Shown: positions 59,001 to 64,000 of the stretch, piece after piece | How positions within the stretch are numbered: position 1 is the stretch's first letter | How the letters are laid out: the number at the start of each line of letters is the position of its first letter | IMG/VR virus record: IMGVR_UViG_3300014680_000032 | Source of the DNA: an uncultured virus (IMG/VR IMGVR_UViG_3300014680_000032) | Lineage: Duplodnaviria > Heunggongvirae > Uroviricota > Caudoviricetes | Strand: one strand, 5' to 3' | DNA: 64,000 nt | The notes under the pieces: model-generated | What the model saw: only the letters and a program-made list of their open reading frames with translations | Told to the model about the DNA's origin: nothing | Database searches by the model: none | Translations under genes and position numbers: made by a program

Positions 59001-59937
59001 CGAAGTAGATCTAGATTACATCGATATTGAAGATGCAGACAATATTGCTGAATTTGAGAGTTTTAAAACTACATATACCACGGATGTAGGAGCTTACGTT
59101 GGTTCACTTCAAACTCTCACTTCAGTATATGGGCCAAATGCAATTAATCTTAAGTCTCAAGTTGATTTGATCAACGGGATGAAAGGTAAATACGTAATGG
59201 GAATGGATAACAACGGTGTTTTCTCTGGTTTATCCATGGTAAGTGAACAAAATAATGGAACTGTCCAAACTTCTATAGGTTTCCAAGCTGATAGAATTTT
59301 TTTCACAACAGGTACTTCTTCTACTAAATATATGCCATTTATAATTAAAGATAATCAAGTGGTTATGAATAGTGATGTATTTATTAAAAATCTTAATGCG
59401 GATGTAATTACTGTAGGAAAATTAAATGTAGATCGAATTGGAGACCTTTCACTTGATTCTATTAAAATTAAAAATGGAGCCGTGAGTGATTCTTTTTACT
59501 CAAGTATAGAAGGACCACATGGAGATAATCCTGGATTCACTGGTAACCCATCTAGGACTTTATGTCCTGATATTCAATTGGGGACAATTAGTGTTCCAGT
59601 AAAGACGGGATATACAACGGTTGTATTCGCATATTGTGACACTACAGTGAATAGTTCTAACTACAGTGGATATAATTTTGGTAGTGTACTCGCAAAAATT
59701 CGTATTACCGCTTCAGGTCATCAATATTTAACTCCCTTAAATTTGACAGAATATCGTGTCGGTTCAAATACCTTTGGTGTTAATGGTGCAAGTACTGGTA
59801 GTGTCCAAATTTTTTCATTACCTGTCGGAACAGCGGATGGAACTGTAGCGATTAACTTTGCCTTATTAACTAGTACTCTAATTAAGAATTATTTTTGTGA
59901 TGCTATTACTGTCTATGCAGTAATTCTTAAAAAGTGA
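50017..59937 (+). CDS. Giant baseplate spike/receptor-binding fusion protein, 3306 aa
   Basis: gpV-like OB fold and beta-helix, coiled coils, several CBM-like modules, an ILEI-like domain, a DUF1983-like segment and a distinct C-terminal domain. Confidence 0.85.
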   Translation: MNGLKRAKILSYNAKGRTAQVHIHGLTDGASEGITATFAYPVGDSDLDTEIQIVDGEDVYVFFENGNEERPVIHSYVSHGDGAIVGVRRIRQDNIEFISKENLKVDSGTTVSIKTPLMNVQANTQQTGNSTLTGNSTVVGNTSVAGNSAVAGSMAVGTTLTVAGVPIDPKAIEGAFKDALNKLESLKEELKEQGEKIDETKDQVSQEIDEKIKEVEELIENIKDSDAFKLLEEGMKHFDEEVQKIHEQVKEVNQIAQNKVDEVRAYIDQEINNTKLIVDQHNNEANLRLDEANQRIDQSIQANEALVADAQQRAIRAEKELDDKIGFIKSETDSIIADVRSDSNEIRLVAENAKKIADQEVLDRKKQAADTLNVIDQTKATLKQDIDQNLVKAGQMIDDAKLALGEETNTLINQKIEPVVTQTEAAVKKVDQIAAQYIDLDKKVDSGFLAEAEARANDKEALTQSFELKFAEMQNEFGKSNALISEEIKTLAAQDKAFTEQISTAQSQIGDNKTAINKVERTVSDLNQSIAEKTSQIESTLKNSQEQIEGNAANIEKVESSVKLVDEKVVSEAKKLEELKTDFNSNKTKTESDIATIAQTVSDGDKALSLRIDQTKAALEEADRKSNANILEVTESLTELEQSTASKFSELDTSISKENLKVQGQITDVQKSVSTLESNTNTSINGLSSSLKTTDDLANLAFDNAAEAQQTGTTAVKATEALSQNLLSLKSQTQVTSGVRAVVTTKGIDDWTRWRTTAEAKVIQDSDALGGYILELGNNADNDETWVHWNEFVKINPDTLYRVRARFRRVTGENGSIYLGVACKNADQSKYVTTTNTLAGDMGSSNYLLSAIKPNLGEWQEVVLYMKGKSTGAATGLGTIDNPRTFPAQAEFYAPIFIANYNFQTGICQLNYIIVEDNNSLASANDATATANDLFKTATNRTEAEAERTSKLETRMQNAETGIQSNAQALLKTATKSDLESAMGRVSTDITAAVDNLKIGGVNAVANSEAPRTSTATTSREYLMYERSKELKVFYDENLDKPVTISFEVSVPVAGSVQVYSSNGSAHFFTTSVTVTKANEFQKFAVTVFPKLNTDSSTESTIEFYGTYGSGRIPTIQKLQIEAGNKPTAWSPSPRDTQSSLNANAEAIKITQAEVKKHGETLSSQSLDISKLRNDLNLTNNEVNKKASSEALEATKSDVTEQAGQIKAVTEQATALSASLSRAAAAGSNLLIQSNVAGKYNGTSYPHLSYKLGEDWEVGAKYTLMWCAEHQRNGADTNSNLAVYAGGGQQALQSVVNTNGKVINKITFVKNNQVIEKRALNFYMINSPTAAQGSVGTVYWAVLVRGDLITTESWIPSAYDYNAAVDQVNANFNDFKQTYVTEKEALTKRTSSLETGLSNAEKNIDNTAKALQNYATTAKLDEATANQTNQLNAQIKNVKASIESANDSDSLLPDFNLKNPDDWINYYSYDLKIHFKTTITGKVGNTVFRKDSSNQAGCWIYSRKALPTNRSYKVSFWVRRSADSTGDCSITAMYGKADGSFSNATITASVIALNRIPANEEWVYIEQVVTFNTHTQMKLGFALGHNGSGGWWELQAYRVNSVLTDKDVDTSLVRATQLQNYSTTADTNKAVATATDALEAKFKQKFGNLWTDSSATLDSTRYTKAETNKAIAEESKILKATISSSGGDNLIKNGDFYAPFSISNWRQNAGVEGNVLEVFKDAYGANWGRFRSTNSSTYFKGFIESITIADGLEINQTYTLSLKAKALTAAQKTLLLIIHRYDGTGNNQVVNEWNIATDKEVLCTYTFDTNINNLQYINIILCAQVGYAPDFLIREVQLEKGELATGFRKNPREIEKGLEANSLAITGTKTDVQKNLEKIQVLTENYTTLKSTVDTNKLTVDGKFQEINSTISDNQQNITQSINSLDSNYKQLNQDLGQVFNYRVYSSGWNNDFTGIKNLKGETISVASNRGFSVHVLAADGSIATSTRYDTYADPANAVAMSNAIQSLPQNTFVIITNYDYIAMNLNSVKPALLSLGANQFTLDQITGRDAYILIGQKGIGAGRGIELHATPDSGLNGAKQIMVAVQVVSGIPLGLANNSGNLQKVLENHAQILSQKITRSDAKEVFAEEIKSFSAKLDTIQYAEDNWILLGDETKTLNVSTGTNQTFPVWELQYKIKELPIAKGDPVVIRIKYNASAGLIGAVCTIQFHGAVYGLGLPLFTVQASGELELTGIFPSDVKATNFEFVPLGLRFDNAPSAGTFSVSNIFISRGNSAPNFKGGFKTTLKQNAKFVEDTFINADVNKGVIAQQIQHYDASVPGGLSTVLKTTKAAADQTSKDLINLRNNDITQLQTSTDNLGSALENTTKLAMMITNGKLLYGDVNFKKGMNNVGTYNNLQNGTVSVTREVKSADNPTTSTHEVRIVTTGSASPNFGGFHQQFFTRSNAIFIIKYLIKLPIGYKLYPAANLMGDGSVDKFIGSTDGTGRFEVYVRMVKSGATGIFDTSGFVHVAGGPAPTPESPLIWTLAQIECYDVTDYASADPNLQDFVSTATESLGTLTNFKETWASKLTEMSSKLDRTNSAYILNSDLTNTNIERAIAAASTQLKAEYIVPLQQSTESLKENIVTNVDLTALNPDIYYPVILQLAAIKQRYDFKVFCTLGNQGNNNVPWATHYTRTFSLNCEWSVTANGWGTQAENRIIDKFSFSWTAQSPLINIKQMPNSSIETVFLRGGARYDISHYKTITPLIKTESFTALGQSIEPIQYNSSLVPVPIFAEIVKAQDTAAAASRTVADIQRDYVTSSKLNEAVASSNERLSALYSANSQTIMASALQTFEKDWINRTPSGSRIGMRLIEDQTCRGGYALRMGDNSGNDEVWLNWFSTLPIDDNKMYRIKYRYRRVSGAGVVYVGATCFNAAKTAFITDANYINGDIGSSHYVVGGAAPALGTWVTGVAYFKGRSAGASSGAGTLTNPRTFANKAAFFTPVFIGNYAAQAGEVDLDYIDIEDADNIAEFESFKTTYTTDVGAYVGSLQTLTSVYGPNAINLKSQVDLINGMKGKYVMGMDNNGVFSGLSMVSEQNNGTVQTSIGFQADRIFFTTGTSSTKYMPFIIKDNQVVMNSDVFIKNLNADVITVGKLNVDRIGDLSLDSIKIKNGAVSDSFYSSIEGPHGDNPGFTGNPSRTLCPDIQLGTISVPVKTGYTTVVFAYCDTTVNSSNYSGYNFGSVLAKIRITASGHQYLTPLNLTEYRVGSNTFGVNGASTGSVQIFSLPVGTADGTVAINFALLTSTLIKNYFCDAITVYAVILKK

Positions 59938-59944
59938 GTTAACA

Positions 59945-60517
59945 ATGGACACATTCTTGTATATTGATCAGTCAGGGAAAATTCTTGGTAAATGTGCTGG
60001 TGAAATCGAATATGCAGAAATAAATAAGCCCACCGGTTCTACTTTAATTAAAGTAGGACCTAATCAAGAGAGTATTAGTAAAAATACTCATTTTTATGAT
60101 TTTGTGGAGAAATGTTTTATTCCTCTTCCTCCAAAAACTACATTGCATTCTGAGTTCAATTACTTCAAAAAAAAATGGGTTGATACAATTTCTTTAGAAA
60201 TGCACCAAGACAGAAAGTGGAATGAGATAAAACTTAAAAGAGACGAATTTGAATTTTCTGGATTTGAATATGATGGTCATATTTATGATTCAGATGCAAT
60301 TTCTCAAATGCGTATTGTTACTGCAGCTATGGTAGGAGTACCCGTTGTTTGGACATTAAAAGATAATACTTTTGAATCTTTATCGACTAAACAGCTCAAT
60401 GAACTACGCATAGCTTTGGCAAACCATATTGAAAGTATCCACGAGCGAGGAAGAATAGCTCGAGATAAGATATATAAAGCAACCTCTATTGAAGAGCTTG
60501 ATTTGATTGACTTATGA
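59945..60517 (+). CDS. Tail fibre assembly chaperone (DUF4376-like)
   Basis: KWNEIKLKRD...YDSD..SQ.RI...WTLKDN. Confidence 0.8.
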   Translation: MDTFLYIDQSGKILGKCAGEIEYAEINKPTGSTLIKVGPNQESISKNTHFYDFVEKCFIPLPPKTTLHSEFNYFKKKWVDTISLEMHQDRKWNEIKLKRDEFEFSGFEYDGHIYDSDAISQMRIVTAAMVGVPVVWTLKDNTFESLSTKQLNELRIALANHIESIHERGRIARDKIYKATSIEELDLIDL

Positions 60518-60530
60518 GAAGGTTAATACA

Positions 60531-60558
60531 AAAAAGCGCTCTAATGAGCGCTTTTTTT
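60531..60558. terminator. Bidirectional terminator
   Basis: AAAAAGCGCTC-TAAT-GAGCGCTTTTT. Confidence 0.85.
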
Positions 60559-60562
60559 AATT

Positions 60563-60766
60563 CTAAGCTGGCTGGTCTACCACCATAGGCGTGTCATCAA
60601 CAAGTTCATAATGGACTGCTACAGCACCTGTTTCTAGATCCCAACCTAAATTCAATGTTTTAAATGCAGGTCGATTGTTATAACGTTGAGCATTAATAAT
60701 GTCTTTCGTTTTTTGAGCCAATTCAATATCTAAATCAGTAAAAACTTTTACTTTAACTTCAGCCAT
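60563..60766 (-). CDS. Small late protein on the opposite strand
   Basis: GAGG RBS and its own TGGAAC-type promoter. Confidence 0.7.
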   Translation of the reverse strand: MAEVKVKVFTDLDIELAQKTKDIINAQRYNNRPAFKTLNLGWDLETGAVAVHYELVDDTPMVVDQPA

Positions 60767-60805
60767 GAGCTTTTCCTCTAAAACAGATTGAAAATATGTT
60801 CAGAT

Positions 60806-60917
60806 AGAATTGCATGCTGGATATTTATTAAATCTGTTTGGTTCCAATTCACTTTGGAACCCATCTAAAAGTTAAAAATTATTAGTCATCAAAATACTTA
60901 ATTATTTAGGTATTTTG
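60806..60917. promoter_or_regulatory. Back-to-back late promoters: minus-strand TGGAAC(60846-60841)-N29-AATTCT and plus-strand TGGAAC(60855)-N29-CAAAAT
   Basis: GTTCCA-N8-TGGAAC arrangement; hairpin CAAAATACTTA...TAGGTATTTTG. Confidence 0.75.
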
Positions 60918-60925
60918 GCTTAGTT

Positions 60926-62461
60926 ATGTCTTCTCGGTTCTTATCGTTGTTACTCGGTGAAAATGTTAATTCATATGATCAGCAATTCGATACGTCTAAT
61001 CAGGATGCAACAGCGCAGCTATATGAAACTATGGCTCCGTTTTCACTTGGGACTAACCAAACCAAAGCCAATAAGAAGCGTACTCGAAAAGAAATTCTTA
61101 CTAAATGGGAGAGAATGTTACGCTTTGCACCTATCGCAGAGGGTATGGGGATTCATGTTTCTGCAGCCTTAGGCGGAGATTCTTATAGCGGCCAACAAGT
61201 CTTTATTACGCCCGCAGAACGGTTAAAAAAGGCGAATGGACCAGCAGCTGAAAAACTAAAAAAACAACTAGATGAGCGCCGTGTAAAGATGGAAAAGCTG
61301 ATCAATAAGTATTTAAGCAAGCTAGCCCGAGATGCAATTTCATTTGGTGATTCTTATGCACGTATTTACGGGAAAAAAGATCAAGGTGTAATTGACCTCG
61401 TATGTAATGAGTATACTTATCCACCATTAATACAACCTTTCGAACAAGGCAGTAAGACTGTCGCCTTTTTTTGTTTAGATCCTCGTAATTGGCAAAAAAC
61501 TATTACCAAACTGAATACTATTCAAATGGTACGTTTCAAAATGCCCCGTATGAGCAATATTGCTCAATATGAGCTTGTAGAAACTGGTCTAGTCACGAAA
61601 ATGTTAGAGGGGGATGATCCAGATGAGCTACCTATCTTACCTGCGCATTTGGGCGGCTCATTCCTTTACGAAATTGAAGACATTTATGATGATGTAATCC
61701 TTGCTTTGGCATCTATGAACAGCCAGCAAATTGCAGATACCGTAAATCAGATGTTCTTGACAGTAAATATGTCGGGAATGCCACCAGCACAACGTCAAGC
61801 TTATATCCGTGGTTTAGAAGGTTTACTTAAAAATCATGAGGCTTATGTCCGTGATGCTTTATCAGGTGGAGAAGCAGTTTGGAATACTGCTTTTCACATG
61901 CTTCCGGTATTTGATGAAAAACAAGTTCTAAATCCAGTGGGTGATATCAAGAATCAACGAAGCTCACCTATTAATATTGAACAGTTCATGATTAATGTCC
62001 GTTTGCTGATGGGTGGAATTGGTCTAGATCCAAGCATGGTCGGTTGGGCTGATATGTTAACTGGTGGTATAGGAGAAGGTGGAGCATTCCATACTTCTGC
62101 ACAAATCATGCGTAGGTCACAAGATATTCGAACAGCAGCTTCCGAAGGGATTAATCAAATTCTTCATTTGGATTGGGGGTTTGCTTACAACGAACAATTT
62201 GAGCCTGAAGATTACCCTTGGCAAGTTGAATATTATTCAAACCAAACTGCAGCAGCTACAGAAGAAATCAACAATGCTCAATCAAGAATGAATACAACAT
62301 TACTTAAAACACAAGTAATCGCATCATTGAAAGAATCAAATTTAGATGTAGATATTATGGCGTACATTCTTGAGCGCGATACAGGTATGAAATATGAGGA
62401 AGCATTAACATTAGCTGAAAGTATTGCTAAGAGCCGTAAATTTCCAGAGGATGAAGAATAA
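60926..62461 (+). CDS. Putative portal protein
   Basis: 511 aa, helical; RDAISFGDSY and GGSFL patterns typical of portals. Confidence 0.65.
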   Translation: MSSRFLSLLLGENVNSYDQQFDTSNQDATAQLYETMAPFSLGTNQTKANKKRTRKEILTKWERMLRFAPIAEGMGIHVSAALGGDSYSGQQVFITPAERLKKANGPAAEKLKKQLDERRVKMEKLINKYLSKLARDAISFGDSYARIYGKKDQGVIDLVCNEYTYPPLIQPFEQGSKTVAFFCLDPRNWQKTITKLNTIQMVRFKMPRMSNIAQYELVETGLVTKMLEGDDPDELPILPAHLGGSFLYEIEDIYDDVILALASMNSQQIADTVNQMFLTVNMSGMPPAQRQAYIRGLEGLLKNHEAYVRDALSGGEAVWNTAFHMLPVFDEKQVLNPVGDIKNQRSSPINIEQFMINVRLLMGGIGLDPSMVGWADMLTGGIGEGGAFHTSAQIMRRSQDIRTAASEGINQILHLDWGFAYNEQFEPEDYPWQVEYYSNQTAAATEEINNAQSRMNTTLLKTQVIASLKESNLDVDIMAYILERDTGMKYEEALTLAESIAKSRKFPEDEE

Positions 62462-63114
62462 TGGCTTTCTTTGAATACGAAACGCAGAATAAAACTAAAA
62501 ATAACAGTTTTGGAAACGTTTTAAATCCGTTTAAAGAACGTTTTGCTAAGAATCCTGTCTTGTGGTCTGGGCTAACTGTTGATCGAGCTGTTTCACATTA
62601 TCAGGAACTTTACGCATTAGGGACACTTTCAGCGGCCCATTTTGGAATTGAAATTCGCCCGTACCGTGCAAACAGTAAAATTGCTCAAGCAAATATTCCA
62701 ATTTTTGATCCTTCAAACAAAGTTGCTTGGTTAGCCAATAATGTAGAGGTATCACTACTAGATGCCCAAACCGATGCAGTGCATGTGGGGCATTTTCAAC
62801 TCAACCATGTAACTGGTAATGCTTCAAATGAGTTGAGCATTTCATTTATTGAGACTAAAGAAGCAGCTATTGCGAATAGTGCTAAAGCTATAAAAGAAAT
62901 AATGTTTAATAAAGATGGTACTCAGTCGCCACCAATTGAATACTTAATGAGATTAAAAATATATGCTTTTGATAAAGCTGCAAGAAATCAGAACCAATTT
63001 GAAATTGAGCATCTAGTTTCACTTCAAGCAGGCAATTTGCCCCTTGATGCCTCTAATAAAGCACATGCCATTGTTACTTTAAATTTCATAAAAATGTTTC
63101 CCAACTTAAAATAA
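62461..63114 (+). CDS. Tail tube initiator-like structural protein
   Basis: LSISFIET...F..DGT pattern. Confidence 0.5.
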   Translation: MAFFEYETQNKTKNNSFGNVLNPFKERFAKNPVLWSGLTVDRAVSHYQELYALGTLSAAHFGIEIRPYRANSKIAQANIPIFDPSNKVAWLANNVEVSLLDAQTDAVHVGHFQLNHVTGNASNELSISFIETKEAAIANSAKAIKEIMFNKDGTQSPPIEYLMRLKIYAFDKAARNQNQFEIEHLVSLQAGNLPLDASNKAHAIVTLNFIKMFPNLK

Positions 63115-63118
63115 GCTA

Positions 63119-63182
63119 TGGAACTCATTGCCTTTATAGATTCACCTAATTGAGAAAATATCCTCAAACTAAAATGAGGATA
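63119..63182 (+). promoter_or_regulatory. Late-type promoter TGGAAC-N29-GAAAAT with RBS hairpin
   Basis: TATCCTCA-N8-TGAGGATA. Confidence 0.75.
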
Positions 63183-63187
63183 ACTCC

Positions 63188-64000
63188 GTGAGTGTTAAAT
63201 CAATTTTCATTCAAACACACGCACCACATCAAAGCCGATTAGTACATGGTTTTGACTCCATGGTGAATAGTGGTGCTTGTTCAATTGGGTTTATTAAGGG
63301 TGATTACCGTCAAATTAATGCTTTAGTCACTGAAGATTACACTGAAAATGATTTCTGGCGTGTTGTAAATTTAAAAGGTAAAAAGGGTGGGATAGATGCG
63401 TTTGATTCTGTTGCGGTATTAGGCGCTATCGATGACCAGCATGCAGCTGATTTAGCGATACTGCAATTTGGCCGAATGTTTGATGCTTGTGTTACAGATG
63501 TTATTGAAACAAATCAATTTGGACTTAAGCGCCATTTATCTTCACAACAATTTAATTTGACGGGTGCAAAACCGATTCAAAGATGGCAACTAGAACAATT
63601 ACAAAATGTTGTCGCAGCTGAAAAACCTGAATGGGATGGAATCAATTTAATTTCTCATGAGGGTGATATTTCTAAGTTGTTTTTAGATATGCAACGAAAT
63701 GATGATCACAGCCAATTATTAAGTAAATTTGATGGGTTACCTACGCTTTTATCTAGTCTAGGCGTCGAAGAAGCGCATTATGACTCTATTATCGTTGATT
63801 ACCAGCATTTAGAGCAGCTGTCTGCAATTTTGCATCACTCTATGGATCAGTTTTCAAAAACTGGCGTCAAAATCGTTAACGTTACGGAAAGTAAGCCCTT
63901 TAAGCATAAAAAAGTCCTTCAAATTGCCCTTACTTATGATTTTGATGACGGCCAAAACTTCACAATCCTTTTTCATAAGCCAGATCGATTATCAAAAAAA
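63188..64000 (+). CDS. darA: DarA-like defence-against-restriction head protein, 5' part (runs off the window)
   Basis: Open frame from GTG 63188; KPFKHKKVLQIALTYDFDDGQNFTILFHKPD resembles DarA_N. Confidence 0.65.
   Translation, partial: MSVKSIFIQTHAPHQSRLVHGFDSMVNSGACSIGFIKGDYRQINALVTEDYTENDFWRVVNLKGKKGGIDAFDSVAVLGAIDDQHAADLAILQFGRMFDACVTDVIETNQFGLKRHLSSQQFNLTGAKPIQRWQLEQLQNVVAAEKPEWDGINLISHEGDISKLFLDMQRNDDHSQLLSKFDGLPTLLSSLGVEEAHYDSIIVDYQHLEQLSAILHHSMDQFSKTGVKIVNVTESKPFKHKKVLQIALTYDFDDGQNFTILFHKPDRLSKK

Larger units (their letters stand above)
700..64000. mobile_element. Large integrated prophage with lambdoid control region and P1-like myovirus morphogenesis genes; continues beyond the window
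   Basis: Integrase, CI/Cro, replication, terminase, capsid, sheath, baseplate and portal-like genes. The left boundary is approximate because the att core was not identified. Confidence 0.92.

Noticed and set aside
50017..60517. Diversity-generating retroelement or Cin-type invertible fibre segment
   Set aside because: No reverse transcriptase, invertase, template repeat or inverted crossover sites seen in this window.
2526..62755. Many short antisense or overlapping ORFs in the track (e.g. 2526..2915, 9912..10337, 29815..30303, 36083..36397)
   Set aside because: They are shadows of longer, motif-supported genes and lack their own RBS or promoter evidence.
18519..63159. TGGAAC as an ECF-sigma -35 or a sigma54 -24 box
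   Set aside because: The 29-nt spacing is far longer than ECF spacing, and no conserved TTGC -12 element follows.

Overview
The window holds about 0.7 kb of host sequence followed by the left ~63 kb of a large, AT-rich prophage that runs past the right edge; sequence style and the IS end suggest Acinetobacter (inferred). The host part is the right end of an IS3-family element interrupting a PepSY-TM gene. The prophage is a hybrid. Its control half is lambdoid: tyrosine integrase, Xis-like gene, CI/Cro switch with palindromic operators, replication initiator plus DnaC-like loader, RusA. Its virion half is P1-like: PacA/PacB-like terminase, Pro-like protease, gp23-like capsid, sheath and baseplate, Hdf/DarA-like proteins. 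The most notable items are mostly missing from the ORF track: (1) a ~93-nt three-way-junction RNA with its own sigma70 promoter, convergent on a DarA_N-BECR nuclease gene; (2) an AbiF-like HEPN gene followed by an independently promoted ~90-nt RNA; (3) 13 copies of a late-promoter motif TGGAAC-N28/29-[-10 hexamer], most paired with a hairpin hiding the RBS; (4) a recurring F-D-S motif in predicted head proteins; (5) a Tad1-like anti-defence protein; (6) a mini-intein in the terminase Walker A; (7) a 3306-aa spike/fibre fusion; (8) a candidate type I TA pair; (9) a frameshifted replication initiator. All family assignments come from motif recognition by eye; no database searches were run.
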